Positions 17,521 through 27,290 of a stretch of DNA of 64,000 nt are shown in pieces. This DNA is from an uncultured virus (IMG/VR IMGVR_UViG_3300012352_000670) (lineage: Duplodnaviria > Heunggongvirae > Uroviricota > Caudoviricetes), in the IMG/VR virus record IMGVR_UViG_3300012352_000670; one strand, given 5' to 3'. The position numbers were made by a program, and so were the translations under genes. Numbering within the stretch: position 1 is the first letter of the stretch; every line of letters begins with the position of its first letter. The notes beneath the pieces were generated by a model. The model ran no database searches. It was not told the origin of the DNA and saw only the letters and a list, made by a program, of their open reading frames with translations.

Positions 17521-19259
17521 GGTGTCGGTACCTCTGGTTCTGCTGGTGGCGCTTCAGGAGTAGCTGGCTCGGCCGAAGGTTCTGGAGTAGGGCTGCCTGG
17601 ACCGCCTTCGAGAATGTTCTCGATCTCTGGGGTCATCGGGGCAACTGAACGAGCTTGGCTAGCTGCGTTAATGATGTCCTTCAGCTCTGGAGCAACCGCT
17701 TCGAGCATCGACTGGGTAAGCTCTGGAGTGATCATACCCTTCTCGACAACAAGACGTAGTGCAAGTTCCTCTGGGCTTGGTGCATCTGCTTCGGAGAAGC
17801 CGTGTGCACGACGCCAAGTGTTGAATGACACTGCCATCTTGTCAAAGCCCGAGTCAGCATCAGCTGCGCGGTCATTACGAGTAGCGACCTGTGATGGGTC
17901 ATACCAAACCTGAATACGAGCTACTTCATCTTGGTCGTAGCCGTTGGCAATTAGGTATGGACGCAAGTAAACAACAGTCAGTGCGTCAGCAATAAGAAGC
18001 ATCAGAGGCTCGATGTGCGCCTTGTAGAGGGCTTCATCAATCTGAAGGGCGTTGGAGTACTTAACGTTAGCAAGTCCCGTCACAACGTCTTTAGGGACGT
18101 CTAGACCCTGCATAATGCGCTCTAGTACACGGTCAGCACGAGCAACTAGTGATGCGTCGAATGAACGCTCGAACTTGAACTGCTTAATCTTGTCGCCAAG
18201 CTCTGCTGGACCACGAATGATAAGTGGAACAACAGCAGACGCTGAGTCCTCGTCCTTAATCGGAGTGGTCATCGCATCAATGAGCTGGTCCTCGAAGTCA
18301 TCAGCAGCTTCTTCGGTGTTGTAGAGCTCGTTGTATTCGCCATCTTCATCATATGGGTAGTCAGGATCTGGGCTAGCTGCAACAGACAAACCATCAGGCA
18401 GGTACAAAGCACCCGCATTGAGGCGAGAACGGGCCGTAGCGCGGAAAGTACGGTTGAGTAGCAACAATTCCGCACAAAGATCTAAAAGTCCGCGTAGCGA
18501 GCTGTCAGACTCCATTGAGTAGCGTGGGTGTGCTTTCCAGATACGTCCGATGAATGCATCAGAAGGTAGCCTGATTGCATTTTTGCCAGCCTGGCCCGAA
18601 GAAGAACCGCTAGCATCGCGAATAGGGTTGATTGTGTAGTTTCCACGAGAGTCAAGCTGTAGTTCATCCACTGAGCGGATGTCCCATGACTCAGGGATCT
18701 GTGAGCCAATACGTTCTGGTACCTGAACCAAGTAGCATTCACCAGTGACCTGAAGATTTAGTGCTGCATCCTTTAGAAGACCTGCTTGGCCTCCGTAGGC
18801 CGAGTCAAGACGAGATAGCGCACGCTGAGCAGCTGACGCCAACTGAGGGTCAACAATCTTTGACATGTCAACTGGTACTGGAGACTCCGAAGGGTCGTCT
18901 ACAGCAGCAGCGTAAAGGCGGATGCGTGATACGACAGACGCCACAAGGTTAAACGCATACTTAACTTCACCAATTGCATCGTAATACTCCCATGCTTCGG
19001 CTTGCCATGCAGTCGCAGCTGACTGACGGCGGTTCTTAAACATCTCGGCTTCAGTTTTGTCACCAATTCGAATCTGAGCAGCGGCGGCAGTAAGTGGACG
19101 AGGTGTGTTGTAAGCTGCAGGCTCTGCGTATACGAGACCGAACGAGTCTACAGAGATGCCTGGAGCGATAGGGGTTGCACTTCGGGGAGTAGATGCACGC
19201 AACCCGGCAGCCAATGCTCTACCGCGAGCATTTTTGTTGTTCTTTTTAAAAATTCCCAA
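17517..19259 (-). CDS. Portal protein
   Basis: 580 aa downstream of terminase; WQAEAWEYYDAIGEVKYA..., SRL..AGALYLP and SAVVPLII motifs of cluster-B-like portals. Confidence 0.85.
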   Translation of the reverse strand: MGIFKKNNKNARGRALAAGLRASTPRSATPIAPGISVDSFGLVYAEPAAYNTPRPLTAAAAQIRIGDKTEAEMFKNRRQSAATAWQAEAWEYYDAIGEVKYAFNLVASVVSRIRLYAAAVDDPSESPVPVDMSKIVDPQLASAAQRALSRLDSAYGGQAGLLKDAALNLQVTGECYLVQVPERIGSQIPESWDIRSVDELQLDSRGNYTINPIRDASGSSSGQAGKNAIRLPSDAFIGRIWKAHPRYSMESDSSLRGLLDLCAELLLLNRTFRATARSRLNAGALYLPDGLSVAASPDPDYPYDEDGEYNELYNTEEAADDFEDQLIDAMTTPIKDEDSASAVVPLIIRGPAELGDKIKQFKFERSFDASLVARADRVLERIMQGLDVPKDVVTGLANVKYSNALQIDEALYKAHIEPLMLLIADALTVVYLRPYLIANGYDQDEVARIQVWYDPSQVATRNDRAADADSGFDKMAVSFNTWRRAHGFSEADAPSPEELALRLVVEKGMITPELTQSMLEAVAPELKDIINAASQARSVAPMTPEIENILEGGPGSPTPEPSAEPATPEAPPAEPEVPTP

Positions 19260-19271
19260 GGGTACTCCCTG

Positions 19272-19559
19272 TTATTCAGCCTTAGAAGAAATGATACCCA
19301 CTAATGCAGACGTTGATAAGACTAATGATACCACAAAAACGGCATCTGGCACTAAAATATATGCCACGACAAAGACAATTGAAACCCAAAAACCAGTGCA
19401 CCAGTTGCAGGTGATCAAATATCCTAGTTTTGTATCTGGTGGAAACCTTTTCCACACTTTTTCTCGAGCAGACTCGAGGATTGTGTCTGTAGTTATTGCT
19501 CGAGTAACTCTATATGCTGCTAAAACCAATAGCAAATAGGAAAACCAGTCAATACTCAT
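19272..19559 (-). CDS. DUF1360-like membrane protein
   Basis: LAAYRVTRAITTD.I...R; LITCNWCTGFW; ATGA overlap gives start 19559. Confidence 0.75.
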   Translation of the reverse strand: MSIDWFSYLLLVLAAYRVTRAITTDTILESAREKVWKRFPPDTKLGYLITCNWCTGFWVSIVFVVAYILVPDAVFVVSLVLSTSALVGIISSKAE

Positions 19560-19921
19560 AGCCCGTCCTTCAATGCAGTGATAGTTTTGTATGCATTCCA
19601 ACTGCGAAGACGTGATCCGCATCCGCAATTGGTGTCTTTTTGGAATGCTAGCATCTTTCCAGACTTGGTTACAACCCTATAATCACTTTTTTTGTCTGCA
19701 GCGGGCAGTAGAAGGTCATATTTCTCTTGAAAAATGATCTGAGCCCCGTTAGGAGAGTCCTGAGCAACAAAAATAGCCTCGTCGGTCACAACAACTCGGG
19801 TGGTTGCCCTATAAAACGCATCCTTGGTGGCTGGATTTGACTTCAGAGAGTAAACATCCTCAAAAGTTCCGGCTGGAACTACTGCCAAGTGCGCCGGAAA
19901 CACGTCTAATAGTACTTTCAT
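19556..19921 (-). CDS. Hypothetical protein with C-terminal CGCG motif
   Basis: Translationally coupled between terminase and the DUF1360-like gene. Confidence 0.6.
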   Translation of the reverse strand: MKVLLDVFPAHLAVVPAGTFEDVYSLKSNPATKDAFYRATTRVVVTDEAIFVAQDSPNGAQIIFQEKYDLLLPAADKKSDYRVVTKSGKMLAFQKDTNCGCGSRLRSWNAYKTITALKDGL

Positions 19922-21324
19922 TAGCGCACTCGGAAGATTTTGCCGTTATTTCCAGGTCTAGTGTTCGGAATTCGACGATCGGACAAGGATTTAGCTCGGA
20001 TTTTACCTCCTGAGAAGCCTGCAGGTGGTTTAATGAGCAGTGCGGTCAATGCGTGAACGAGAGCGTCGACGCGGTCTGGTGATTTACCCTCTCCAGGCAC
20101 CCAAGAAATCATCTGAGACTCCAAATCAGCCAAGAATCCAACGTGGTGGACGCGTTGCTGTTCGTAAGCTAGCGTGATTGGCTCTGCTCGGAGAGCTTTT
20201 CCTTGCTTTGAGTGGACTTCAAGGACTTTAATAGTTGGATCGATGGTGTTGATCGCGTTACGTACAAGTGCCCCGCCTTGGTTAACTTCCGCAACAACTG
20301 GGCAGCCCCATTTGCGAGCCATTTTGACGACTTGGTTCGCCCAGACGTCTGGAGACCCGTGGACGGAGGCGTCTTCCAGAACCCAGGCTTGGCGCTTATA
20401 AAGATCATGCTCAGAAGTAGAAGCACATACAACAATGCCGCACTCATCTCTCGGATTTTCCGCAACAGATGGATCAACTCCAATCACTCGTAATGGCGTG
20501 GAGAGCGGGTAGTACCCTTCTCGGCCAGCTTCAATCATTTCTTCAGTCCAAAGAGCACCCTCCATGGCCTCAAGCATTTCACCGTAAAGTTCCTGACGCG
20601 CCAGAGAGGTTCCCTCATATACGCCAAGCATGGTGTCAAGATACGCGCCCGAAAGGTTACCTGCGTTGTCCATTGTTGAACCGCGAGTGATCTTTACGAT
20701 CTCGCCCTTTAGAGACTCTTCAATAAGTTTGTAAAGAAGCGGAGTGCGCTTCGGGGTGGTAGTGACAAGGATCTTTGGGTTAGCACCAAGACGAGTACCA
20801 ACACGTAAGTTATCAAACGCGGTCATACCTGCAGCATCGGGGGTCTGACGCCAAGCTGCGATCTCATCGCCCCATGCGTGGGTGAACTGAGGACCACGGA
20901 GTGAGTCAGGCTCATCCGCGGTGAAGAGTGTGGCAGTGTTTCCGTTAGGCCAAGTCAGACGACGCTTCGAAGGCTCGTAGAGTGGACGCTCGCTCGGAGG
21001 AGTGACGTTCAGGATTCCTGACTCACCTTCAACGATAACGTCACGTACGTCAGCTGCGGTACGAGCAACTAGACCGAAACGGCGCTGACCAGTATTGGTG
21101 TACTTCGCTTCTTCGCGTACCCATTCGGACGCAAGGCGAGTCTTACCGAAACCACGTCCAGCTAGAACAAGCCAGATGTTCCAGTCACCTGGAGGGGCTT
21201 GCTGTTCTGGGCGACCCCATACGGACCAGTCCCACATTAAAACTTCTGGGTCTAATCCAGCCAAAGCTTCGCGTTGTTCCTCTGGGGGCAGGAGCGCAAT
21301 CTGCTCCATAATGCTTTTACCCAT
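19921..21324 (-). CDS. terL: Terminase large subunit
   Basis: Walker A LAGRGFGKT, LRGPQF..AWGDE Walker B, TTTP motif III, nuclease GVDP and SPDRVDALV. Confidence 0.95.
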   Translation of the reverse strand: MGKSIMEQIALLPPEEQREALAGLDPEVLMWDWSVWGRPEQQAPPGDWNIWLVLAGRGFGKTRLASEWVREEAKYTNTGQRRFGLVARTAADVRDVIVEGESGILNVTPPSERPLYEPSKRRLTWPNGNTATLFTADEPDSLRGPQFTHAWGDEIAAWRQTPDAAGMTAFDNLRVGTRLGANPKILVTTTPKRTPLLYKLIEESLKGEIVKITRGSTMDNAGNLSGAYLDTMLGVYEGTSLARQELYGEMLEAMEGALWTEEMIEAGREGYYPLSTPLRVIGVDPSVAENPRDECGIVVCASTSEHDLYKRQAWVLEDASVHGSPDVWANQVVKMARKWGCPVVAEVNQGGALVRNAINTIDPTIKVLEVHSKQGKALRAEPITLAYEQQRVHHVGFLADLESQMISWVPGEGKSPDRVDALVHALTALLIKPPAGFSGGKIRAKSLSDRRIPNTRPGNNGKIFRVR

Positions 21325-22241
21325 TAGAATCCAATCTCTGCATCTCTACTGTCATGGTACCGATTCATAAAATATTTAGAATAGTAGTCATGTATCGCTA
21401 GACCTTGGTGATCTTCGTCAAGAGCGTCGCGAAAAAACTTTTTGTATTTACTGTGTTTATATTCTAGCTCATAGTTCCGACAGTGGGCTTCTATCGCACT
21501 TTCCTGATTAGTCAAGTCGAGACCTAGAAGGCTCTCTCGAACATCCCCCGAATAGTGTTCTAGATCTGTGCGCCACTCTGGAGATGCCCATGTAGTCGCT
21601 ATCAGAGTTATCCCCTGCGCCTTGCAGTGAATGTCCAACGCCAAGTACAAAGCGAAAACAAGTGAGTCAATTTGCTTGGTGTCTACTAGTTTCATCGGAT
21701 CGTCTATGCCTTGGATGGAGTCGCTCTTCCTGAAGTCCATAGCTGATGCGTAGTAGTACTCTCGATCGGGGTCAGGGAGGTTGATAAAAATAGTTGAAGG
21801 ATTGCCGTACAGATTTATGTATCTAAATATCTGAGAGATCGTCTCCGCAATAGACGCTCCGGGGAAAGCAATATTGAAATAGCCTGAAAGTTTCTCTGTC
21901 TTGATTAGTTCTTGATAAACCTTGTACGCCCACGTCTGCTCTAGCAGAAGTCCCTCGCCTGCGGTGACAGAGCATCCAGCGAAAAGAACGTGCTTACCGT
22001 CATGCTTGCTGGTGAATTCATCAGATCTAAGGCCGTCAGAATTTAGAATGTAAAGCTGGCTTGGGTCGAAGTTCTTGTCAATCTTGGATGCATTTTTACA
22101 GACGGTCTTAAATCTTGAAGTTGTAGTGCTGAACTTATAAAGCTCGGACCCTGGCGGAATAGTTTTTGTTGGTTCGATATTCTCGGCCCTAAATGATTCT
22201 ATGGATTCTCTAATTCCCGGAGCATCTACCCACCTACGCAC
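21324..22241 (-). CDS. SGNH/GDSL-like hydrolase-fold protein
   Basis: HVLFAGCSVTAGEG block-I-like motif, N.AFPGAS, C-terminal D..H. Confidence 0.5.
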   Translation of the reverse strand: MRRWVDAPGIRESIESFRAENIEPTKTIPPGSELYKFSTTTSRFKTVCKNASKIDKNFDPSQLYILNSDGLRSDEFTSKHDGKHVLFAGCSVTAGEGLLLEQTWAYKVYQELIKTEKLSGYFNIAFPGASIAETISQIFRYINLYGNPSTIFINLPDPDREYYYASAMDFRKSDSIQGIDDPMKLVDTKQIDSLVFALYLALDIHCKAQGITLIATTWASPEWRTDLEHYSGDVRESLLGLDLTNQESAIEAHCRNYELEYKHSKYKKFFRDALDEDHQGLAIHDYYSKYFMNRYHDSRDAEIGF

Positions 22242-23673
22242 CGAGCACCTCCATCTTGTTTGCGATGGACCATTGCCGTGCGTCCTCTGCGGTATTTACA
22301 AGTGGCTGACCTTTGATGTTCAAGCTAGTGTTCAGTAAAACAGGAATGCCTGTGCGCTTGTGGTAATCGGAGAGGGCGTCGTAGAGACCTTGGTGTTGGC
22401 TCCTATTGACTGTCTGAACCCTAGACGTGCCGTCTACATGGACGGCAGCTGGAATCAGGTCTGGCCTTAGACAGCGAGGCGTAAATTGCATGTATGGCGA
22501 GGTGTAGTCCATGTCAAACCACTCGTGAGCATACTCTTCGAGAACTATAGGAGCTACAGGCCTAAAGTCTTCTCGGCCTTTGATCTCATTCAATCGAAGT
22601 TTGATCTGAGGGTCACGAGCATCAGCAAGAAGGCTCCTGTTACCTAACGCTCTAGGGCCGAACTCGGCTCGCCCAGATGCTACAGCTACAATTCCGTCAG
22701 ACAGAATCCCGTCAACAATTTTCTGTACCGGATAGTCTCCAGCAATATTGGAGCCTAGGTACGGCGTCTGCCAGTTCAGGTGCGCGCCGTATACAGAGGC
22801 TGCAGCTCCTAGAGAAGATCCGGCATCGCCAGGGTTTGGCATGATCCATACGTTAGGGAAAATATCGTGAAGCAGTGTGTTGGCTTTACTGTTTAGTGCG
22901 CATCCGCCCATGAAAACTAAATTGGAACTGTCCGATTCTTGTCTAGCAATGTAGACAAAATCCCATAAGCGATCTTCATAGACTTTCTGCACCGAGGCTG
23001 CAATGTGGAACTTATCTTCTTCCGAGATCTCCTGCCTCCAGTTATTGATGCCCCTGTGAAAGTTATAGTTTTGCTTGTAAACAGAAGGAAAGTATTCGGA
23101 GACTTTGTCTAAGTATTTCTCTGGATCTCCGTAAGCAGACATCCCCATCAAAATGTATTCTTCTTCGTTGGGCTTAAGCCCGATCAGCTGAGTAAACGCT
23201 GAGTAGAACAATCCGAAGCTGTATGGGTAGCTCCAGCTCTTGACTCGTGTCAACTTGGCACCTTCGCCAGCCCAGACGGAACTAGTAGTGAACTCGCCAA
23301 TCGCATCAAGAACAATAACTACAGCGTCATCAAAGCCTGAGGTGTAGTATCCCGCAGATGCGTGGGACTCGTGGTGGGAGACGGATGTTACTGGTATGCC
23401 CTTCAGGGGCTCATAGGTTTTGTAGTAAGGCTTAGCTGGCCGTAGGCCACCGCAAGTAAGCAACCGTAGTCGCTTGAGTCCGCTGTTCTCGAAATATGCA
23501 AGTCGGTCTGGAGTTCCGTAGGAGAGTGCCTCTTGGAGAATGGCATAATTCAGAGAAACATCATTCTTTACACCGCTGAAGCGTTCCGCGTGAGAGGCGT
23601 AGAGGATCTCTCCATCTTCTATCAGGCAAACTGCAGCATCGTGAGATGTCTCATTGATGCCTAGGATCTTCAT
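22234..23673 (-). CDS. Carbamoyltransferase (NodU/CmcH family)
   Basis: HDAAVC, HHESHA, LDAIGE, GGCALN, GDAGSSLGAA, EFGPRALGNRS, LLNTSLN. Confidence 0.93.
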   Translation of the reverse strand: MKILGINETSHDAAVCLIEDGEILYASHAERFSGVKNDVSLNYAILQEALSYGTPDRLAYFENSGLKRLRLLTCGGLRPAKPYYKTYEPLKGIPVTSVSHHESHASAGYYTSGFDDAVVIVLDAIGEFTTSSVWAGEGAKLTRVKSWSYPYSFGLFYSAFTQLIGLKPNEEEYILMGMSAYGDPEKYLDKVSEYFPSVYKQNYNFHRGINNWRQEISEEDKFHIAASVQKVYEDRLWDFVYIARQESDSSNLVFMGGCALNSKANTLLHDIFPNVWIMPNPGDAGSSLGAAASVYGAHLNWQTPYLGSNIAGDYPVQKIVDGILSDGIVAVASGRAEFGPRALGNRSLLADARDPQIKLRLNEIKGREDFRPVAPIVLEEYAHEWFDMDYTSPYMQFTPRCLRPDLIPAAVHVDGTSRVQTVNRSQHQGLYDALSDYHKRTGIPVLLNTSLNIKGQPLVNTAEDARQWSIANKMEVLGA

Positions 23674-23755
23674 TGTCAGTAGATAAAGTCTCTGCGCTTT
23701 TGCTTATTCTTCTTTCCCTTGAAAAGGTTTCTAAGAATTCTAAGCAAAGTGCTCA

Positions 23756-24367
23756 TTACGCTAGCCAGCGCTTTTCTAGCTCGGCAAAAATGTACTGGTT
23801 GAACCTGAAGGCAAGGATTACCTCGTCAATGAAGATCTTTGTGTCTGCGGTAGAAAGGTTTAGGCTGTCTAGACCTTCGCGGTAGGTCTCCTTGTAGCGG
23901 ACCTTGTCGTCAATCTCGTCGAACTCGTAGAAAGATAGGAAGTTTGGCGGAATCATCAGATTGCGCATAACAAGAGTCGCGATTGCCTGACCACCTGAAA
24001 GATCTCCGAGGTAGCGGGTGTAGTGGTGTGCAAGTAGACGGGTCCAGTCCTTCTCGCGCACAAGCTTGTTGATGTGATCAACGTAATCAATGGTGCTGTT
24101 GCAGACGAGCTTTGATCCGCCTAGGGATTCTATGTCGCAAACGATTCGCTGGAAGCGGTCTAGTCTGCGGTCAAACATTGGCCACGGATTGCTACGGTCG
24201 TCCCAGCCTTCGAGGGCTTCGTAGATCGGAGCAAGCTGAGTTAGGTAGTCTGCGTAGGCGTCAGCTCCTACCTGACCACGCATAAGCGCAACCATGAACG
24301 GACTACGTTCGGCGGACGAGTGAGCGTCCTGTGAAGCTTCTTTTACTAATTTAGAAAGCATAATCAT
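23756..24367 (-). CDS. Biliverdin-producing heme oxygenase
   Basis: H..AE...FM..L, LLAHHYTRYLGDLSGGQ signature, AF.FN. Confidence 0.92.
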   Translation of the reverse strand: MIMLSKLVKEASQDAHSSAERSPFMVALMRGQVGADAYADYLTQLAPIYEALEGWDDRSNPWPMFDRRLDRFQRIVCDIESLGGSKLVCNSTIDYVDHINKLVREKDWTRLLAHHYTRYLGDLSGGQAIATLVMRNLMIPPNFLSFYEFDEIDDKVRYKETYREGLDSLNLSTADTKIFIDEVILAFRFNQYIFAELEKRWLA

Positions 24368-24651
24368 CCAATTCGTTTCCAGTGGGCGTCTTCGTTAAGT
24401 TTAGCAAACTTGTATAAATGCTTAACTAGAATATCCTGAATTTGTTCCAGGGATGGTTCATCATCTGCATAGGCCTTCAGGCATACAGAGTTGTTGCTTT
24501 CGTAGGCTTCAGCTGCGCCTAGATCTGGAAATAGAAGGAAGCCCTCTTGGAGGGCCCCCTTCTTAGACAAGTGCGAATTCAATTGCTTGATATAGCGTTC
24601 CGGGCGCTCTAGTGGCACCTCGTGAAAAGACTTGTATAGAAATCCAGACAT
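24364..24651 (-). CDS. DUF2218-like protein
   Basis: RPERYIKQL.SH...L..IQDIL..HL.KFA....W pattern; start moved to ATG 24651. Confidence 0.6.
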   Translation of the reverse strand: MSGFLYKSFHEVPLERPERYIKQLNSHLSKKGALQEGFLLFPDLGAAEAYESNNSVCLKAYADDEPSLEQIQDILVKHLYKFAKLNEDAHWKRIG

Positions 24652-24652
24652 G

Positions 24653-24973
24653 TTAGATGCCGATTGCAACAATCGAGTGCCACGGGAAGAACATAGGTTC
24701 AGTCTGCTCTTCCCAGAAACGCTCTTCATCTAGCTTGCCTTCTTCGAAAGCCTGCTTGGCTTGTGCCCACGCTACAAGACCCTCTGAGAAGTGATGGAAG
24801 AAAACTCCATGCTTGTTGACTTCGGTAAGCAGTCCAGACAAGATAAGTCCGTCCTGCTCGAAGCGATCAGCAATCCAAAGATCGTTGTGGAATGCCTTAG
24901 CACGCTTGTCTAGCGTGATTCGTACCCTTTTGCCTACTAGATCCTCTAGCTTGCTCTTAACTGTAAAACTCAT
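24653..24973 (-). CDS. Hypothetical protein (Sm-like pattern)
   Basis: LVGKRVRITL...SGLLTEV...FFPWHSIVAI; AAGGA SD. Confidence 0.5.
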   Translation of the reverse strand: MSFTVKSKLEDLVGKRVRITLDKRAKAFHNDLWIADRFEQDGLILSGLLTEVNKHGVFFHHFSEGLVAWAQAKQAFEEGKLDEERFWEEQTEPMFFPWHSIVAIGI

Positions 24974-24982
24974 TTGTTGTCC

Positions 24983-25537
24983 TTACTTAATACGGTTCTC
25001 TGCTGAGATCGGAGTGTAGACCTTAGAGGTTGCCGTTACTGGCTGCTTGTAGCCGTAGCGTGCAAGACGGAAGCGCAGGGCTCCGTGAGTAACGCCAAGA
25101 CGCTTAGCAAGACGGTACAGGGTAACGCCTTCTACGGTGTGTGCGTGATTTAGTAGGCGGGTATACTCCTCGGCCTCCTCGCGGTACTTCTTGCCGTTAG
25201 AGCGGACCTGCTGGGCGTAAGGCTGAAGTTCTAGTAGACGCTCGAGTGTATCTGGGTTCGGCTCTACGTAAACTGGCTTAGCCTTCTCTGGCTTTAGCGG
25301 TGGCTCTGGAAGCTCTAGGCGGGTGTGGAAGCCAGGAATGCTGGTCTTTGCAATCTGGCGGACGCGCTCACGGGTTAGTCCAGACGCTCCTGAGATTGCC
25401 TCGAGAGTCCAGCCCTTATCGCGTAGCTCACGGATCAGCTGGTCTCGGAAGTCGGTTGATACAGATTCAGCAAAGATGTCGTAAATAACCTTTGGCAGCT
25501 TCTGGTTCTTCTTGATGTACTCGTTCATTTTTGTCAT
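24983..25537 (-). CDS. Double HTH DNA-binding protein (sigma region 4-like)
   Basis: WTLEAISGASGLTRERVRQI and VTLYRLAKRLGVTHGAL. Confidence 0.75.
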   Translation of the reverse strand: MTKMNEYIKKNQKLPKVIYDIFAESVSTDFRDQLIRELRDKGWTLEAISGASGLTRERVRQIAKTSIPGFHTRLELPEPPLKPEKAKPVYVEPNPDTLERLLELQPYAQQVRSNGKKYREEAEEYTRLLNHAHTVEGVTLYRLAKRLGVTHGALRFRLARYGYKQPVTATSKVYTPISAENRIK

Positions 25538-25809
25538 TACTTTCGTGTTCGCTTGATTGCGTTCATTACAACAGGGGTTAAAGTTATCACATAGTCCTCG
25601 CTGTCAACGCGAGACGTAATTCGTACGTCAATAACGTTGATCATTGATTCAATCAGTGAAACAATTCGCTCGATGTCCTCTACAGGTCCGATCGGGCTAG
25701 CAACAATCTCTACCGTGCAATCAAGCATGTCAAATAGCTGGGTTAGATGAATGTTGTCGCGAAACTCCTCATAACTAGTTGTTTCGATTACTACTGGTGC
25801 GTCGCGCAA
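25537..25809 (-). CDS. Hypothetical protein
   Basis: Coupled ORF within the operon. Confidence 0.5.
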   Translation of the reverse strand: MRDAPVVIETTSYEEFRDNIHLTQLFDMLDCTVEIVASPIGPVEDIERIVSLIESMINVIDVRITSRVDSEDYVITLTPVVMNAIKRTRK

Positions 25810-25951
25810 AGTTCTCTCCGTCTCCTAAGTCGTGTATTGATCCGTCATCTTCTGCTAGTGCCTTGTATAGAACACTTGCAGTCCAAAACAGAACTGATAG
25901 AACAATAACTGTAAAAGTGAGGATTGTCAAAATTACAATTAAAGCGTCCAT
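25775..25951 (-). CDS. Small membrane protein
   Basis: MDALIVILTILTFTVIVLSVLFW transmembrane segment; AAGGAG SD. Confidence 0.5.
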   Translation of the reverse strand: MDALIVILTILTFTVIVLSVLFWTASVLYKALAEDDGSIHDLGDGENFARRTSSNRNN

Positions 25952-25956
25952 AATTT

Positions 25957-26166
25957 TTACTCCTTGCCGCTGAGAATAGCTAGTGCAATAGAGGTAAGAG
26001 CTAGTGTGAGGGCGACGATTCCGACGGCAAGGATGCTTGTGGCGGGGGTGGCGGGAGTCGTAGTAATAGACGCCGTTATTGTGATTAGCAGAGCGAGCGA
26101 GGCTGAAATAACGGAGAGGGTAGATGGCCATGAGATCTGGCGAAGGAAAAGAATGAAGCGTGTCAT
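25957..26166 (-). CDS. Two-TM membrane protein
   Basis: Two hydrophobic segments. Confidence 0.55.
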   Translation of the reverse strand: MTRFILFLRQISWPSTLSVISASLALLITITASITTTPATPATSILAVGIVALTLALTSIALAILSGKE

Positions 26167-26361
26167 TTAATGGACGTCCTTATGCGGGTAGACGACGCCT
26201 AAGAGCGCCGAAGGTTCATTGTTCTTGTGCTTACGGTAGAGCTTGTAGAGGTGGAATAGACGCACGAGAAAGTAAATGCCGACCCCAGCAAAGAAGATCA
26301 ATGCAAAAGGGTCGGCACTTACTACCGTTACGGTGTCGCTTGTTGGGTTAGTATTTGCCAT
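26167..26361 (-). CDS. Small membrane protein (leaderless)
   Basis: TTGACA...TATGCT-6nt-ATG; one TM segment. Confidence 0.5.
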   Translation of the reverse strand: MANTNPTSDTVTVVSADPFALIFFAGVGIYFLVRLFHLYKLYRKHKNNEPSALLGVVYPHKDVH

Positions 26362-26384
26362 ACAACAAGCATACACCTTATGGT

Positions 26385-26984
26385 TTAGTTGTCAAGCAGG
26401 TTTCGATACGTAACTTTGGAATAGTTTCCTGCGAATTGCTCAACGGACTCGATACGAGTCACCTCACCCTTACGTGGAGCATGAATCATCAATCCATCGC
26501 CAATGTAAATTCCAGTGTGGTACGCAGACTTGGACTTGTTGTATGTGAACACAACAATGTCACCCGGAGTAGGGGCGTCTGTTACTTTTCCTGCTTTACC
26601 TTGGATTGATGCTCGGTGCTCCAGGGGAATTCCTACTTGCTCGTAGGCCCAAAGCACGAGGCCAGAACAATCCCAACCTTGTGGGGTGGTTCCGGAGAAG
26701 ACGTACCATGTCTTGCCAACTGTTTTCTGCAGCTTGGAGATCATGACGTCTAGTTTTGTTCGGTTTGCCTCAAGCATCTCTTGGTGAGCTGCTTGTTCCT
26801 CTAGAAGAGTCCTTTCTGCTTCCATAGCAAATAGGGTTTCCATTAGATCCTCCGGCTTGTGCTCTTGGAATGAGACCACGGCCGTAGGGGCGTTTGTTAC
26901 TTCTGATCCTGGAGGCAGTACCCCAGCATTTGTTGCGGTGGCTGCCGTTGTGGATGCAGTTAGTAGAAATGTTAACCATTTCAT
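26385..26984 (-). CDS. Secreted NlpC/P60 peptidoglycan endopeptidase
   Basis: Signal peptide; YVFSG..P.GWDCSGLV, PGDIV, HTGIYIGDG.MIHA. Confidence 0.92.
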   Translation of the reverse strand: MKWLTFLLTASTTAATATNAGVLPPGSEVTNAPTAVVSFQEHKPEDLMETLFAMEAERTLLEEQAAHQEMLEANRTKLDVMISKLQKTVGKTWYVFSGTTPQGWDCSGLVLWAYEQVGIPLEHRASIQGKAGKVTDAPTPGDIVVFTYNKSKSAYHTGIYIGDGLMIHAPRKGEVTRIESVEQFAGNYSKVTYRNLLDN

Positions 26985-27076
26985 TTAGCGCCTACCTTTC
27001 CTTTGAGAGTAATTTCTCGGCGTTTATTGTCTTGGTGTTTCATCAATATTCAGTTATAAACGAAGAGCCTAACACG

Positions 27077-27290
27077 TAGGGGCGTCTATTGCAACTCAAA
27101 TCCTACAGAGATGCAAAAAAGCACACCCTAAGCTTTTATTGCTCGGATGTGCTCTCCGTAGGATCTATTTTACACCCGTAGGGGCGTCTATTATTTGGAT
27201 CGGGGCTTGACTTTTTGTTGAAGTGTGGTACCCCTAGACGATTTTTTTGAAAATTTGTGGAGCTGGATTTTATAAATAGGGGCGTCTATT
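27077..27290 (+). repeat. Three TAGGGGCGTCTATT direct repeats at ~100-bp spacing
   Basis: Copies at 27077, 27179, 27277; partial copies at 26570 and 26885. Confidence 0.85.

Noticed and set aside
26988..27165. c-di-AMP (ydaO) riboswitch call
   Set aside because: Context fits, but I could not match the consensus by eye; left as an unnamed structured leader.
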